From the sequence record OQ349392.1: a DNA stretch of 64,000 nt; one strand, written 5' to 3'. Made by a program: the position numbers and the translations under genes. How positions within the stretch are numbered: position 1 is the first letter of the stretch; every line of letters begins with the position of its first letter. The notes beneath the pieces were generated by a model that was given only the letters and a program-made list of their open reading frames with translations, did not search any database and was not told the origin of the DNA. Of the stretch, positions 53,812 through 64,000 are shown in pieces. The stretch is from Escherichia phage KIT06.

Positions 53812-54931
53812 TTTTAACCTTAACTGGGTCTATTGTTTCCAGTTTCGTTGCATTAGTGAACATATATAGATGAGTTACTGAATTATTATTGGATAATTCA
53901 TGGATGACTTCATCAACGTAAAATTCTGTTTTAAATTGGTTTTTACTATCATTAAAAATAATTTTAACGCCAGGTGTCAAGTTAAAATTACCGACAGTGG
54001 AACATTTAGCATAGCCGTCATATTGCGCCATAGTTTGAAGACGAATAGCTTCTTCATATCCATTCCTATAAGTCATTTCAGAATAAGCACCTGACCTTGA
54101 CACTACAATAGAGTTTTCTCCCTTTCCTGTAGTAATCATTGGCAATGAAGAATCTAAAAATGAATGCGCGTAGATAGTAGCGTTTTTCATTGGGTCGCGT
54201 TTGTGAGGATTCGATTTAGTCAACCAAACGAAATCATATGCTAATGGATATTTTAATTCTTGGATGAATTGACCTATTAAAGATGGCTCACCGACAATCA
54301 TTGGATACGGTTCTTGATTTATCATCATATCATAGTCCATCATGTTAACTCCCATGATGTCTTGCCACACAAATACAAATTTGTCACTTCCTACAGCTAG
54401 AGCAACTTCTCTAACATACGACAAATAGTTTTCAAATGTGCTAGTCCATGGAATATCAGGAACATAAGCATTTATAGCATTTATTGCTGGAGTTAATAAC
54501 GTGCGATCTTGATAAATGACGCCAAGCATTTCCTTTATAGATTCACCTGCATCAGGGAAAAACGGTCTGCCAAATTTAAGATTTTCTATAGAATGAATAG
54601 TTCCCAATTCAATAGCAATGATGTTATCACCCTTTGAATCTACTGACACGGAAAAATGCTTACATCCATAAATTCGTGTTTTAACATTATTAATATCGTT
54701 TGCATTAGCTACAGAAATCTGAATTATTTCATTTCCATCCATTTTTGTATGGATATTTTTAGAATCATAAAACTGCAGCATTCCTTCATTTCGACCATAA
54801 AGAGAATCCCGCATAGTTAATGTGGTAATAGTAGCAGCTAATTCAACAAATCTATTATTACTCCAAGCGTCGTAGCTATCAAATAATTTAACGCTGAGAT
54901 TTGGATATCCTGGGCGTTGCAACATACTCAT
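53756..54931 (-). CDS. 27: Baseplate hub subunit gp27 (391 aa)
   Basis: 391 aa as T4 gp27; gene order. Confidence 0.88.
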   Translation of the reverse strand: MSMLQRPGYPNLSVKLFDSYDAWSNNRFVELAATITTLTMRDSLYGRNEGMLQFYDSKNIHTKMDGNEIIQISVANANDINNVKTRIYGCKHFSVSVDSKGDNIIAIELGTIHSIENLKFGRPFFPDAGESIKEMLGVIYQDRTLLTPAINAINAYVPDIPWTSTFENYLSYVREVALAVGSDKFVFVWQDIMGVNMMDYDMMINQEPYPMIVGEPSLIGQFIQELKYPLAYDFVWLTKSNPHKRDPMKNATIYAHSFLDSSLPMITTGKGENSIVVSRSGAYSEMTYRNGYEEAIRLQTMAQYDGYAKCSTVGNFNLTPGVKIIFNDSKNQFKTEFYVDEVIHELSNNNSVTHLYMFTNATKLETIDPVKVKNEFKSDTTTEESSSSNKQ

Positions 54932-55680
54932 TATTGTTTATCCTTCTCAATCAGTTTTAATACGAATCCGCGCTCGGCAGGAATCATTTTCATTATTGAA
55001 TTTAAGCTATAATTACTTTTTACGAGTGTGTGATTAATTTGATAAAAAGTAAATATTTCATCTGGGTTAACTAATAGCTTAAATACATCTACTATATCAG
55101 TGTATTTTTTTACATACTTATTACAACACGACATATGCAATGTTAAATTAATAGGATTCATTGCATCGAGAATTTTTTCTAATGTTTCTATCTCGATTGC
55201 ATCAACAAGTTCTATTTGACTTGATTCGCTAATTTCCTTCCAATCATACCATGTTTCATCTACTTGAACAGAATGAATATTTTCAGTAATCATCTTTGCT
55301 TTATTTTCATAAAACTCAGAAGGAAACTTTAATTTAATTTTAACATTAGCTACATCAAAAACAGGTTCCTTTAATTCTTTTTGATATATTTCAAATGGAA
55401 CTGTCTTTTCTTTTTTACATTTTGGACATACAAATGTGACCGGTACTTTAGTTTTACCTATTGACCCTACAAATACCTGCAAAAATATAAATGGTTGCCA
55501 AGTCTTCGGATAGTCTCCAAAATAATCGGCAATTAAATCAGCAATTATTTCTTTTTGTTCTTGTGGTGACCGATGTTCTATATCGTTTCGAACTAACAAA
55601 AAATCTCGATAATCTTCTACCGTAAATGGTTTAAAACGATGAACACCATCTGGTAATTTACAACGAATAATGTTTGCCAT
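54931..55680 (-). CDS. 51: Baseplate hub assembly catalyst gp51 (249 aa)
   Basis: 249 aa as T4 gp51; Cys-rich; gene order. Confidence 0.85.
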   Translation of the reverse strand: MANIIRCKLPDGVHRFKPFTVEDYRDFLLVRNDIEHRSPQEQKEIIADLIADYFGDYPKTWQPFIFLQVFVGSIGKTKVPVTFVCPKCKKEKTVPFEIYQKELKEPVFDVANVKIKLKFPSEFYENKAKMITENIHSVQVDETWYDWKEISESSQIELVDAIEIETLEKILDAMNPINLTLHMSCCNKYVKKYTDIVDVFKLLVNPDEIFTFYQINHTLVKSNYSLNSIMKMIPAERGFVLKLIEKDKQ

Positions 55681-55697
55681 AGATGCTCCTTTTATTC

Positions 55698-55705
55698 TAT
55701 TTATA
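55698..55705 (-). promoter_or_regulatory. Late promoter TATAAATA for gene 51 operon
   Basis: Plus-strand TATTTATA; overlaps the divergent gene 26 late promoter. Confidence 0.55.
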
Positions 55706-55709
55706 AATA
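55702..55709 (+). promoter_or_regulatory. Late promoter TATAAATA for genes 26-25
   Basis: Exact TATAAATA about 22 nt upstream of the gene 26 ATG. Confidence 0.55.
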
Positions 55710-55730
55710 TGATAAATAAAGGAGCTAAAT

Positions 55731-56357
55731 ATGTATGAATACAAATTTGATGTGAGAGTTGGTTCTAAAATAATCAACTGTCGCGCATTTACTCTTAAAG
55801 AATATCTAGAACTTATTACTGCTAAAAAGAACGGTTCAGTAGAAGAGATCGTTAAAAAGCTAATCAAAGAATGCACAAATGCAAAAGATTTAAACCGCCA
55901 AGAATCAGAACTACTATTGATTCATTTATGGGCACATTCTCTTGGAGAAGTTAATCACGAAAACTCCTGGAAGTGCACCTGCGGAACTGAAATACCAACC
56001 CATATAAATCTATTACATACACAAATAGATGCACCAGAAGACCTCTGGTATACACTGGGTGACATTAAAATTAAGTTCCATTACCCTAAAATTTTTGATG
56101 ATAAAAATATAGCCCACATGATAGTATCATGTATAGAAACGATTCATGCTAACGGTGAAAGCATTCCAATTGAAGACTTGAATGAAAAAGAGTTGGAAGA
56201 TTTATATTCTATCATCACAGAGTCAGATATTGTAGCTATAAAAGATATGCTTTTAAAGCCTACTGTTTATTTGGCTGTTCCAATTAAATGTCCAGAGTGT
56301 GGAAAATCTCACGCTCATGTAATAAGAGGACTCAAAGAATTCTTTGAGCTATTGTAA
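55731..56357 (+). CDS. 26: Baseplate hub subunit gp26 (208 aa)
   Basis: 208 aa as T4 gp26; divergent from gene 51. Confidence 0.85.
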   Translation: MYEYKFDVRVGSKIINCRAFTLKEYLELITAKKNGSVEEIVKKLIKECTNAKDLNRQESELLLIHLWAHSLGEVNHENSWKCTCGTEIPTHINLLHTQIDAPEDLWYTLGDIKIKFHYPKIFDDKNIAHMIVSCIETIHANGESIPIEDLNEKELEDLYSIITESDIVAIKDMLLKPTVYLAVPIKCPECGKSHAHVIRGLKEFFELL

Positions 56358-56755
56358 TGGCAAATATTAATAAGCTTTATTCTGACATTGACCCAGAAAT
56401 GAAAATGGATTGGGACAAAGACGTTTCCAGATCTCTTGGATTAAGGTCAATTAAAAATAGTCTTTTAGGAATTATTACAACCAGGAAAGGGTCAAGGCCA
56501 TTTGACCCGGAATTTGGATGTGATTTATCTGACCAGCTTTTTGAGAATATGACTCCTCTTACTGCTGATACTGTTGAGCGTAACATTGAAAGCGCAGTAA
56601 GAAACTACGAGCCACGTATTGATAAATTAGCAGTTAATGTAATACCAGTTTATGATGATTATACTCTGATAGTAGAAATACGCTTTTCAGTCATCGATAA
56701 CCCTGATGATATTGAGCAGATAAAACTACAACTGGCTTCCAGTAACAGAGTATAA
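56357..56755 (+). CDS. 25: Baseplate wedge subunit gp25 (132 aa)
   Basis: 132 aa as T4 gp25; TAATG overlap with gene 26. Confidence 0.88.
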   Translation: MANINKLYSDIDPEMKMDWDKDVSRSLGLRSIKNSLLGIITTRKGSRPFDPEFGCDLSDQLFENMTPLTADTVERNIESAVRNYEPRIDKLAVNVIPVYDDYTLIVEIRFSVIDNPDDIEQIKLQLASSNRV

Positions 56756-56781
56756 TGCTTCACGTATAAACGTGGTATAAT
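56756..56781 (+). promoter_or_regulatory. MotA-dependent middle promoter-like element upstream of uvsY
   Basis: TGCTT 56756-56760, then TGGTATAAT extended -10 at 56773-56781. Confidence 0.55.
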
Positions 56782-56821
56782 GAATCTAAGTCCATCCAAT
56801 AACAATTGAATAGAGAACAAT

Positions 56822-57235
56822 ATGAAATTAGAAGATCTTCAAGAAGAATTGAAGAAAGATGTGTTTATAGATTCGACTAAATTACAGTATGAAGCAGCTA
56901 ATAATGTGATGTTATATAGTAAATGGCTTAATAAGCATTCAAGTATTAAAAAGGAAATGCTTAGAATTGAAGCACAGAAAAAAGTTGCTCTTAAAGCTAA
57001 ATTAGACTACTACTCGGGACGAGGAGATGGTGATGAATTTAGTATGGATCGTTATGAAAAATCAGAAATGAAGACAGTTCTATCAGCTGATAAGGATGTT
57101 TTAAAAGTTGATACTTCATTACAATATTGGGGAATTTTATTAGATTTCTGTAGCGGAGCTCTTGATGCTATTAAATCACGCGGATTTGCTATTAAGCATA
57201 TTCAAGACATGCGAGCATTTGAGGCTGGAAAATAA
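56822..57235 (+). CDS. uvsY: Recombination mediator UvsY (137 aa)
   Basis: 137 aa; recognised sequence. Confidence 0.9.
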   Translation: MKLEDLQEELKKDVFIDSTKLQYEAANNVMLYSKWLNKHSSIKKEMLRIEAQKKVALKAKLDYYSGRGDGDEFSMDRYEKSEMKTVLSADKDVLKVDTSLQYWGILLDFCSGALDAIKSRGFAIKHIQDMRAFEAGK

Positions 57236-57459
57236 TGAGATATAGCATTGATGATGCTTTTAATTATGAAGAAGAATTTGAAACGGAAATTCAATTCTTA
57301 ATGAAAAAGTATAATCTCAAGCGTCAGGATATTCGTATCCTGGCCGACCACCCATGCGGTGAAGATGTCCTTTATATTAAAGGAAAATTTGCCGGATATC
57401 TTGATGAATATTTTTATTCTAAAGATATGGGCATTGATATGCATATGAGAGTTATATAA
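57235..57459 (+). CDS. Hypothetical protein (74 aa)
   Basis: ORF with TAATG overlap to uvsY. Confidence 0.5.
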   Translation: MRYSIDDAFNYEEEFETEIQFLMKKYNLKRQDIRILADHPCGEDVLYIKGKFAGYLDEYFYSKDMGIDMHMRVI

Positions 57460-57487
57460 ATAGATATATAATTTAGAGGAGACAATC

Positions 57488-57655
57488 ATGTCAGATAAGA
57501 TTTGTGTTGTCTGTAAAACTCCAATCGATTCTGCATTGGTTGTTGAAACAGACAAAGGTCCTGTGCATCCTGGGCCTTGTTATAATTACATTAAAGAACT
57601 ACCAGTTTCAGAAAGTTCGGAAGAACAATTAAATGAAACACAACTTTTGCTATAG
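57488..57655 (+). CDS. Hypothetical small Cys-containing protein (55 aa)
   Basis: ATG with SD GAGGAGA; C-x-x-C ... P-G-P-C pattern; below the track's 60 aa cutoff. Confidence 0.4.
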   Translation: MSDKICVVCKTPIDSALVVETDKGPVHPGPCYNYIKELPVSESSEEQLNETQLLL

Positions 57656-57677
57656 TGTGACCTTTAGTCTATAGTTT

Positions 57678-57706
57678 TGGCCCTTCCTTTTTGGTTGGGC
57701 CTTTTT
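57678..57706 (+). terminator. Hairpin plus T6 terminator
   Basis: GGCCC...GGGCC stem with 13 nt loop followed by TTTTTT. Confidence 0.45.
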
Positions 57707-57710
57707 TAAT

Positions 57711-57953
57711 TTAAAAGCTTTCTTCTACTTCATCGTCTGAATCTTCTAATTCAGCTCTTTTTCCTGCCAAAGCATCTCTCACAGAGATGTCATCAGTATC
57801 TTTTAATTCAGTTTCTTTAACTCTTTTCTTGTAATAAGCTTCAAGTTCTTCTAGACCTTCTAATGTTTGACAAGAGGCAATTTTACCCATAAATTCATCA
57901 ATAGAAGCTTCATAAAGAAATTGTTTAAATTCTAGTAACATCTTTTTCTCCAA
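57711..57953 (-). CDS. UvsW.1-like small acidic protein (80 aa)
   Basis: Immediately downstream of uvsW on the minus strand. Confidence 0.6.
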   Translation of the reverse strand: MEKKMLLEFKQFLYEASIDEFMGKIASCQTLEGLEELEAYYKKRVKETELKDTDDISVRDALAGKRAELEDSDDEVEESF

Positions 57954-57966
57954 AGGGCCGGAGCCC

Positions 57967-59478
57967 TTATAAATTAACTGTTTTCATTACGTAATTAAAT
58001 TTTTCATCTGCGTAGCGCTGAATACGATCAATGCCGTGTTTTAAAAGATAGTTCAAATGAACGTATTTCTTTTTCGTATTAGCAGATTTTGGTCTAACGC
58101 CCGCGTCATCTATAAGATCCCAGACCGTTGCGATTGTTTTAGAACCATGCTTACGTAATACGCGACCTATTGTTTGCAATACAATAATTTTAGATTTAAC
58201 ACCGTGTGCTAAAACAACGTGATGCAGATTTTTAACTGAAATACCGGTAGAAAATACACCATAACTAGCTACTATAATTATTCCTTTACCGTTTTCAGCT
58301 AAGGTTTTCATTACGTTGCGTGTTTCGGTATCAACTTCCCCTGATACGTAATAAACTTTATCGTATTCATTTTTAATTAAATCGAAAATAGCTTTACCGT
58401 GCGATACGTGTTTAAACATGACAAAAGCGTTTTCATCTTTTTGCGCAAGTTTAATAGCTAATTTAGCGATCCATTTATTTCTTTTACTGAGCCCAGTAAT
58501 AATTTTTATTTCTTCTTGGTAAGTTTTTCCCTTTAATTTAGTAGTGAACTCATCGGGATAGCGAAGAAAAATACTATTAATTTTTAACTCAGTTACTTGT
58601 CCATCTTCCATTAATTTAGAAGTCGTTACTGGCTTAAATATTTCACCAAACATTCCAACATACTGCATGATATTAGCTTTGCCATCACGTAATGAACCAG
58701 ACAAACCAAATTTAAACATACAGTTATTTAAACCTGATATGATAGATGAAATACTTTTTCCTGTAGCAAGATGGCATTCATCATTCATCATCATTCCAAA
58801 CTGTGAGAACCATTCTTTTGGTTGTTTTACTACAGTTTGCCATGTACCAACAACGACTGGTGCATCATTTTTATATTTATCATCTTTTGATGCTCCACCA
58901 CCGATTTTCTTTATCATTGCATGACTGAATAAACGATAGTCAACAAAGTCATCAGCCATCTGAGTTGTCAGAGCAGTTGTTGGAACAATGATAAGAATTT
59001 TACCTTCATAATTTTCCAAATAATAACGTGCAAGCAAAGCTTGAATTAAAGATTTACCTGCGGATGTTGGAAGATTAAGAATTCTACGACGATTAACTAA
59101 TCCTTCGAACACTGCATCTTTTTGATACCAGTGTGGTTCAATTCTTTTATTTCCTGAATAGATTTCTAATTTAGAAAGCCATTCATCAAAATCTTTTCTT
59201 GATAATTCTTCTTTTTCGTTAATCTGTGGGTCAATCCAAGCTTTATAGCCAAAGTTATCGCAGAACTTTTTAATTTGCCCGACTAAGCCGAATGGAAGAA
59301 GGCGATTATAATCTAAAAGACGGATTCGTCCATCCCAGTGGCCATATTTGTACTTCGGATTAAAACGATACCCATCAGCTTCAAAGCTAAAGAAATCACG
59401 GAGTTCATGAAATGTACTTTCTTCACAATCAATTCTCACGTGACTAAAATCATAAAAATGTACTTTAATGTCAGTCAT
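57967..59478 (-). CDS. uvsW: UvsW SF2 DNA helicase (503 aa)
   Basis: Walker A PTSAGKS, DECH box; length matches T4 UvsW. Confidence 0.9.
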   Translation of the reverse strand: MTDIKVHFYDFSHVRIDCEESTFHELRDFFSFEADGYRFNPKYKYGHWDGRIRLLDYNRLLPFGLVGQIKKFCDNFGYKAWIDPQINEKEELSRKDFDEWLSKLEIYSGNKRIEPHWYQKDAVFEGLVNRRRILNLPTSAGKSLIQALLARYYLENYEGKILIIVPTTALTTQMADDFVDYRLFSHAMIKKIGGGASKDDKYKNDAPVVVGTWQTVVKQPKEWFSQFGMMMNDECHLATGKSISSIISGLNNCMFKFGLSGSLRDGKANIMQYVGMFGEIFKPVTTSKLMEDGQVTELKINSIFLRYPDEFTTKLKGKTYQEEIKIITGLSKRNKWIAKLAIKLAQKDENAFVMFKHVSHGKAIFDLIKNEYDKVYYVSGEVDTETRNVMKTLAENGKGIIIVASYGVFSTGISVKNLHHVVLAHGVKSKIIVLQTIGRVLRKHGSKTIATVWDLIDDAGVRPKSANTKKKYVHLNYLLKHGIDRIQRYADEKFNYVMKTVNL

Positions 59479-59507
59479 GTCTAAATACCATGTAATAAAT
59501 ATATCTA

Positions 59508-59515
59508 TATTTATA
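59508..59515 (-). promoter_or_regulatory. Late promoter TATAAATA for uvsW
   Basis: Plus-strand TATTTATA about 30 nt upstream of the uvsW ATG (minus strand). Confidence 0.55.
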
Positions 59516-59528
59516 CTGAGGAAATATT

Positions 59529-60209
59529 ATGATAGATAAAGATTATATTGCAGAGCTGAAGGCTCTTGATGATAATAAAGAAGCTAAGGCTAAATTAGCT
59601 GAATATGCTGAACAGTTTGGTATAAAGGTCAAAAAGAATAAATCTTTTGATAATATCGTTAATGATATTGAAGAAGCCCTCCAGAAGCTCGCTAGTGAAC
59701 CTATGCCAGAGACTGATGGGTTATCTATTAAAGACTTAATCAATGCTGCTGATGCTGCAGAGGGATTAAAATATGACGATGAAGAAGTCAATCCAGAGGC
59801 AGCACTTCTGATTGATTCTCCGGTTAAATCTGATATTAAAATTGAAGTAGTCGAAACGGATAAAATTCCTGAAAATACCGATGTTTTGATTGAAGATACT
59901 CCTTTTGTTGAAGAAAAATTCGAACAGGCTGTAGCTGAGATTATTGAATCTGAAAAGCCGTCTGTATTTACTCTTCCGGAAAACTTTAGTCCGAATCTTC
60001 AGCTGATTGGAAAAAATCCAGGATTCTGCACTGTTCCTTGGTGGATTTACCAGTGGATTGCTGAAACTCCGGATTGGAAATCTCACCCAACTAGTTTTGA
60101 ACACGCGTCGGCACATCAAACTTTATTTAGCTTAATTTATTACATTAATCGCGACGGATCAGTTCTAATTCGTGAAACACGCAATTCTTCTTTCGTAACA
60201 TTAAAATAA
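59529..60209 (+). CDS. inh: Inh, inhibitor of prohead protease (226 aa)
   Basis: 226 aa as T4 Inh; position between uvsW and hoc. Confidence 0.7.
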   Translation: MIDKDYIAELKALDDNKEAKAKLAEYAEQFGIKVKKNKSFDNIVNDIEEALQKLASEPMPETDGLSIKDLINAADAAEGLKYDDEEVNPEAALLIDSPVKSDIKIEVVETDKIPENTDVLIEDTPFVEEKFEQAVAEIIESEKPSVFTLPENFSPNLQLIGKNPGFCTVPWWIYQWIAETPDWKSHPTSFEHASAHQTLFSLIYYINRDGSVLIRETRNSSFVTLK

Positions 60210-60218
60210 GGATAACTT

Positions 60219-61070
60219 ATGGCTTTTACAGTTGATATAACTCCTAAAACACCTACTGGAGTTATAGATCAGACTCAGCAGTTTACTGCTACACCCAGTG
60301 GTGAAACTGGAGGTGGAACTATTACCTATGCTTGGACTGTAGACGATGTTCCACAGGATGGAGCTGAAGCAACTTTTAGTTATGTACTAAAAGGACCTGC
60401 CGGTCAAAAGACTATTAAAGTAGTTGCAACAAACACAGTTCCAGATACTGATGCTGAAACAGCAGAAGCTACTACAACTATCACGGTTCAAAATAAGACA
60501 CAGACAACTACCTTAGCTGTAACTCCTGATAGTCCTGCTGCTGGAGTGATTGGAACTCCTGTTGAATTTACTGCTGCTTTAGCTTCTCAACCATCAGGCG
60601 CATCTGCTACGTATCAATGGTATGTAGATGATTCACAAGTTGGTGGAGAAACTAACTCTACATTTAATTACACTCCTTCCACAAGCGGAGTTAAAACAAT
60701 TAAGTGTGTGGCTCAAGTAACCGCGACAGATTATGATGCAAAGGAAGTTACTTCGAATGAAGTATCACTGACTGTGACTGATAAAGTTGCTCCAGAACCA
60801 GAAGGTGAACTACCTTATGTTCATCCTCTTCCACATCGTACTTCAGCTTATATCTGGTGCGGTTGGTGGGTTATGGATGAAATCCAAAAAATGACTGAAG
60901 AAGGTAAAGATTGGAAAACTGAAGATCCAGATAGTAAATACTACCTGCATCGTTACACTCTTCAGAAGATGTTGAAAGACTATCCAGAAGTTGATGTTCA
61001 AGAATCACGTAATGGATACATCATTCATAAAACTGCTTTAGAAACTGGTATCATCTATACCTATCCATAA
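60219..61070 (+). CDS. hoc: Highly immunogenic outer capsid protein Hoc, short form (283 aa)
   Basis: N-terminus MAFTVDITPKTPTGVIDQTQQFTATPSGETGGGTITYAWTV and C-terminal capsid-binding domain recognised; fewer Ig-like repeats than T4 Hoc. Confidence 0.88.
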   Translation: MAFTVDITPKTPTGVIDQTQQFTATPSGETGGGTITYAWTVDDVPQDGAEATFSYVLKGPAGQKTIKVVATNTVPDTDAETAEATTTITVQNKTQTTTLAVTPDSPAAGVIGTPVEFTAALASQPSGASATYQWYVDDSQVGGETNSTFNYTPSTSGVKTIKCVAQVTATDYDAKEVTSNEVSLTVTDKVAPEPEGELPYVHPLPHRTSAYIWCGWWVMDEIQKMTEEGKDWKTEDPDSKYYLHRYTLQKMLKDYPEVDVQESRNGYIIHKTALETGIIYTYP

Positions 61071-61074
61071 TCTA

Positions 61075-61100
61075 AGGGGCTTCGGCCCCTTTCTTCATTT
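61075..61100 (+). terminator. Rho-independent terminator after hoc
   Basis: AGGGGC-TTCG-GCCCCT hairpin followed by T-rich tract. Confidence 0.65.
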
Positions 61101-61158
61101 TGAAAGCACACAAAACACAATCAGAAAACGATGTATATAATGGCACCAACTCGATAAC

Positions 61159-61374
61159 ATGAGATTGATTATGAGAACTGAGGTTGTGGTGTTTACACTC
61201 CATGAGTCTGGAAAGTCATTCATTGAAATTGCTCGTGAATTGAACTTACAGGCAAAAGAAGTGGCTGTATTATGGGCTCGAGCTATGACTGCTAAGAATA
61301 AATTTGAGACTCGAGAAAAAGTTGTCTATAGAAAAAGACATATTAATAAAAAGGTGAAAAATGGAACAGTATGA
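61159..61374 (+). CDS. Hypothetical protein (71 aa), possible helix-turn-helix
   Basis: ORF; segment SGKSFIEIARELNLQAKEVAVLWARA looks HTH-like (weak). Confidence 0.4.
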   Translation: MRLIMRTEVVVFTLHESGKSFIEIARELNLQAKEVAVLWARAMTAKNKFETREKVVYRKRHINKKVKNGTV

Positions 61375-61639
61375 TCTTTATGAAAATGAATCTTTTGCTA
61401 ATCAATTACGCGAAAAAGCGCTTAAAAGTAAACAGTTTAAACTAGAGTGTTTTATCAAAGATTTTTCGGAACTTGCTAATAAAGCAGCTGAGCAAGGTAA
61501 AACATATTTTAGTTATTATTGTACCGCTCGTGATAAATTGATTACTGAAGAAATTGGTGATTGGCTGAGAAAAGAAGGATTTAGCTTTAAAGTCAATAGT
61601 GACCAGCGTGATGGTGATTGGTTAGAAATTACATTTTGA
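61361..61639 (+). CDS. Hypothetical protein (92 aa)
   Basis: ORF overlapping the upstream ORF end. Confidence 0.5.
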   Translation: MEQYDLYENESFANQLREKALKSKQFKLECFIKDFSELANKAAEQGKTYFSYYCTARDKLITEEIGDWLRKEGFSFKVNSDQRDGDWLEITF

Positions 61640-61648
61640 GGATTAATT

Positions 61649-62653
61649 ATGTTTAAAAAGTATAGCAGTCTTGAAAATCATTATAATTCTAAATTCATTG
61701 AAAAACTTTATAGTTTAGGATTGACTGGCGGCGAATGGGTAGCTCGTGAAAAGATTCATGGTACAAATTTCTCACTGATTATTGAGCGTGATAAAGCAAC
61801 TTGTGCTAAACGTACTGGACCGATTCTTCCTGCTGAAGATTTCTTTGGGTATGAAATTATTCTAAAGAATTACGCTGATTCCATTAAAGCAGTACAAGAT
61901 ATTATGGAAACTTCGGCAGTTGTATCTTATCAAGTCTTCGGCGAATTCGCTGGACCTGGCATTCAGAAGAATGTCGATTATGGTGATAAAGATTTTTATG
62001 TATTTGACATTATTGTTACTACAGAAAGTGGTGATGTGACTTATGTCGATGATTATATGATGGAATCATTCTGTAATACATTCAAATTTAAAATGGCTCC
62101 ACTTTTAGGTCGCGGTAAATTTGAAGAGCTTATTAAATTGCCAAATGATTTAGATTCTGTCGTCCAAGATTATAATTTTACAGTAGACCATGCCGGATTA
62201 GTTGATGCAAATAAATGCGTCTGGAATGCCGAAGCAAAAGGCGAAGTATTTACCGCTGAAGGTTATGTATTGAAACCTTGTTATCCTTCTTGGATGCCTA
62301 ATGGCAATCGTGTAGCTATTAAATGCAAGAACTCTAAATTTAGCGAAAAGAAAAAGTCTGATAAGCCTATTAAAGCTAAAGTTGAACTGTCAGAAGCTGA
62401 TAACAAGCTGATGGGAATTTTAGCTTGTTACGTTACACTGAACCGAGTAAATAACGTTATTTCTAAAATTGGCGAAATTGGTCCAAAAGATTTTGGAAAG
62501 GTGATGGGACTAACTGTTCAAGATATTTTGGAAGAAACTTCTCGTGAAGGTATTACTCTAACTCAAGCGGATAATCCTTCTTTAGTTAAAAAGGAATTAG
62601 TTAAAATGGTACAAGATGTACTTCGTCCGGCTTGGATTGAATTGGTAAGTTAA
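61649..62653 (+). CDS. rnlB: RNA ligase 2 (334 aa)
   Basis: Recognised as T4 Rnl2 ([23 protein letters not shown]...); nucleotidyltransferase lysine motif in EKIHGTN. Confidence 0.92.
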   Translation: MFKKYSSLENHYNSKFIEKLYSLGLTGGEWVAREKIHGTNFSLIIERDKATCAKRTGPILPAEDFFGYEIILKNYADSIKAVQDIMETSAVVSYQVFGEFAGPGIQKNVDYGDKDFYVFDIIVTTESGDVTYVDDYMMESFCNTFKFKMAPLLGRGKFEELIKLPNDLDSVVQDYNFTVDHAGLVDANKCVWNAEAKGEVFTAEGYVLKPCYPSWMPNGNRVAIKCKNSKFSEKKKSDKPIKAKVELSEADNKLMGILACYVTLNRVNNVISKIGEIGPKDFGKVMGLTVQDILEETSREGITLTQADNPSLVKKELVKMVQDVLRPAWIELVS

Positions 62654-62655
62654 AT

Positions 62656-62685
62656 AAAAAGGGACCTTTCGGTCCCTTTGTTTTA
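62656..62685. terminator. Bidirectional terminator between rnlB and gene 24
   Basis: A5-GGGACC-TTTC-GGTCCC-T-run; symmetric A/T flanks. Confidence 0.7.
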
Positions 62686-63966
62686 TTCATCAACGATAAT
62701 TTTTGGTAGCTTAACACCTAATAAAACAGACAAATCTGAACGACCCGCCATTTTATCCATGTCTCCGCCATCAATTATTCTTGCTTCTTTTTCGTCTTTT
62801 GCTACAGTGTAAGGATTTGCAGATAAAGCATATCTAACCAATAAACCGATAGATGGCTGCAAACTTTCTGGATCAACTACAACTTTAAATGCACCTACAT
62901 GTTCAGGGTCATCTAAGTCAAGACCTTCTGTATACGGAGCATAGAAAATTGATCCGACAATTTCTTTTTCACCAATATTTTCTACTACACCAACGATTAC
63001 ATAATCTAATGGGCTGTTAGTATCGCAATAAAGCGGTAAACCATTAGCTAAGAACCCGTAGGCATTTTGTGAAAGATATTTATCATCTTCTGGTTTATGT
63101 TTTAACCAACCTGATGCAGCAAGAATCGCAGCGGCACGAGCTGAAGCAACACAGAACGTTGCTGTATAAGTTGATTCTTTTTGGATATGCGAAACCATTT
63201 CACATACCATTCGGTATAATGAACGACCGGCTTCAGGTGCAGATGCATAACTCAAATCAATGAATCCGGTATCAGTAATTCCTGTAACTTTATAGCGTTT
63301 TGACACTGTAATCAAAGACTGTAGAATATCTTTATTGATTTCATCCGCCATTTCAGTTGCAAGCAAATCTTCCAAGAAATTAGGAGCATCGAATCCATTT
63401 GCTTCTAAATCTTGTGCTAATTCAACTGTGATGCCAGTTTTAAGTTTACGAGATTTGACTGAAGTTTGCCATTTATTAATCTGGAATCTAGCATCAGCAA
63501 TTTCGCTATCAGAGCTTTCAAATTTGCTCGTTGACGCTGCATCAGAAAATAGACGAACCTTTAAAAGAACAATTGCAATCTGAAGAGCTAGTTCTAAATC
63601 GCTTTCTTCAATGGTAGCAAATGGTGTATCTTCTAATACTTTATAAACGATATTATTGTATTTGAATAAATCGCCTTTATTGAGAGTTAATTTAGACTCT
63701 TCTGTTAATTCTGTGATTTGTTCTCGGTCTACATATCCAGCTTCGCCAGCGTAAGTAGCACCAGTTTTAAATGTAAATTCATTATCTGGGTTAAGGTATT
63801 TGATACCATAAAAAGCAGCAACAGGTTGATTAGTTCTTTGCGTTGCTACAATGTCAGAATATATTAATTTAGTGGTAGCGCGAGTCAAAGCAACGAGATT
63901 TGGGCGACCGATTGAGTTGCTATTCGTTGTGGTTGATTCGCGCAGAAGTTCGTTGATTTTAGCCAT
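62683..63966 (-). CDS. 24: Capsid vertex protein gp24 (427 aa)
   Basis: 427 aa as T4 gp24; major-capsid-protein-like fold family; gene order next to rnlB. Confidence 0.9.
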   Translation of the reverse strand: MAKINELLRESTTTNSNSIGRPNLVALTRATTKLIYSDIVATQRTNQPVAAFYGIKYLNPDNEFTFKTGATYAGEAGYVDREQITELTEESKLTLNKGDLFKYNNIVYKVLEDTPFATIEESDLELALQIAIVLLKVRLFSDAASTSKFESSDSEIADARFQINKWQTSVKSRKLKTGITVELAQDLEANGFDAPNFLEDLLATEMADEINKDILQSLITVSKRYKVTGITDTGFIDLSYASAPEAGRSLYRMVCEMVSHIQKESTYTATFCVASARAAAILAASGWLKHKPEDDKYLSQNAYGFLANGLPLYCDTNSPLDYVIVGVVENIGEKEIVGSIFYAPYTEGLDLDDPEHVGAFKVVVDPESLQPSIGLLVRYALSANPYTVAKDEKEARIIDGGDMDKMAGRSDLSVLLGVKLPKIIVDE

Positions 63967-64000
63967 TGCGCTTTCCTTGTTGAGAGTATATGTTTATTTA

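Overview
This window is a contiguous segment of a T-even (T4-like, Tequatrovirus-type) Escherichia phage genome, in reverse-complement orientation relative to the usual T4 map. It runs from the rIIA.1/rIIA/rIIB locus through the early host-takeover region (denB, ndd, stp, ac, gene 52, motA, arn, asiA), the lysis and long-tail-fibre block on the minus strand (t, 38, 37, 36, 35, 34), the replication and nucleotide-metabolism cluster (rnh, dsbA, 33, 59, 32, frd, td, nrdA, nrdB, denA, rnlA, alc, spanins, pseT, cd, 31, rIII, the 30.x ORFs, DNA ligase 30), alt, the baseplate hub genes (54, 48, 29, 28, 27, 51, 26, 25), and uvsY, uvsW, inh, hoc, rnlB and gene 24. Gene calls rest on recognising the translated ORFs as near-identical to T4 proteins from memory and on conserved gene order and lengths; no database search was run. 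Coding density is very high, with many ATGA-type stop/start overlaps, GTTTAC-N18-TAnnAT early promoters, TATAAATA late promoters and tetraloop hairpin terminators. I found no rRNA, tRNA, CRISPR array, transposase or integrase, and no clearly novel multi-gene system. What differs from my recollection of T4 is: a T2/T6-type distal tail-fibre module (long gp37 with a C-terminal self-cleaving chaperone motif plus a glycine-rich gp38 adhesin), two tandem alt paralogs, an extra ORF between frd and td, intron-less td and nrdB with no homing-endonuclease genes, a shortened Hoc, a NADAR-like ORF in the 30.x cluster, repeated terminator-promoter cassettes, and an unusual roughly 350 bp GC-richer ORF-free segment between rIII and the 30.9-like ORF.
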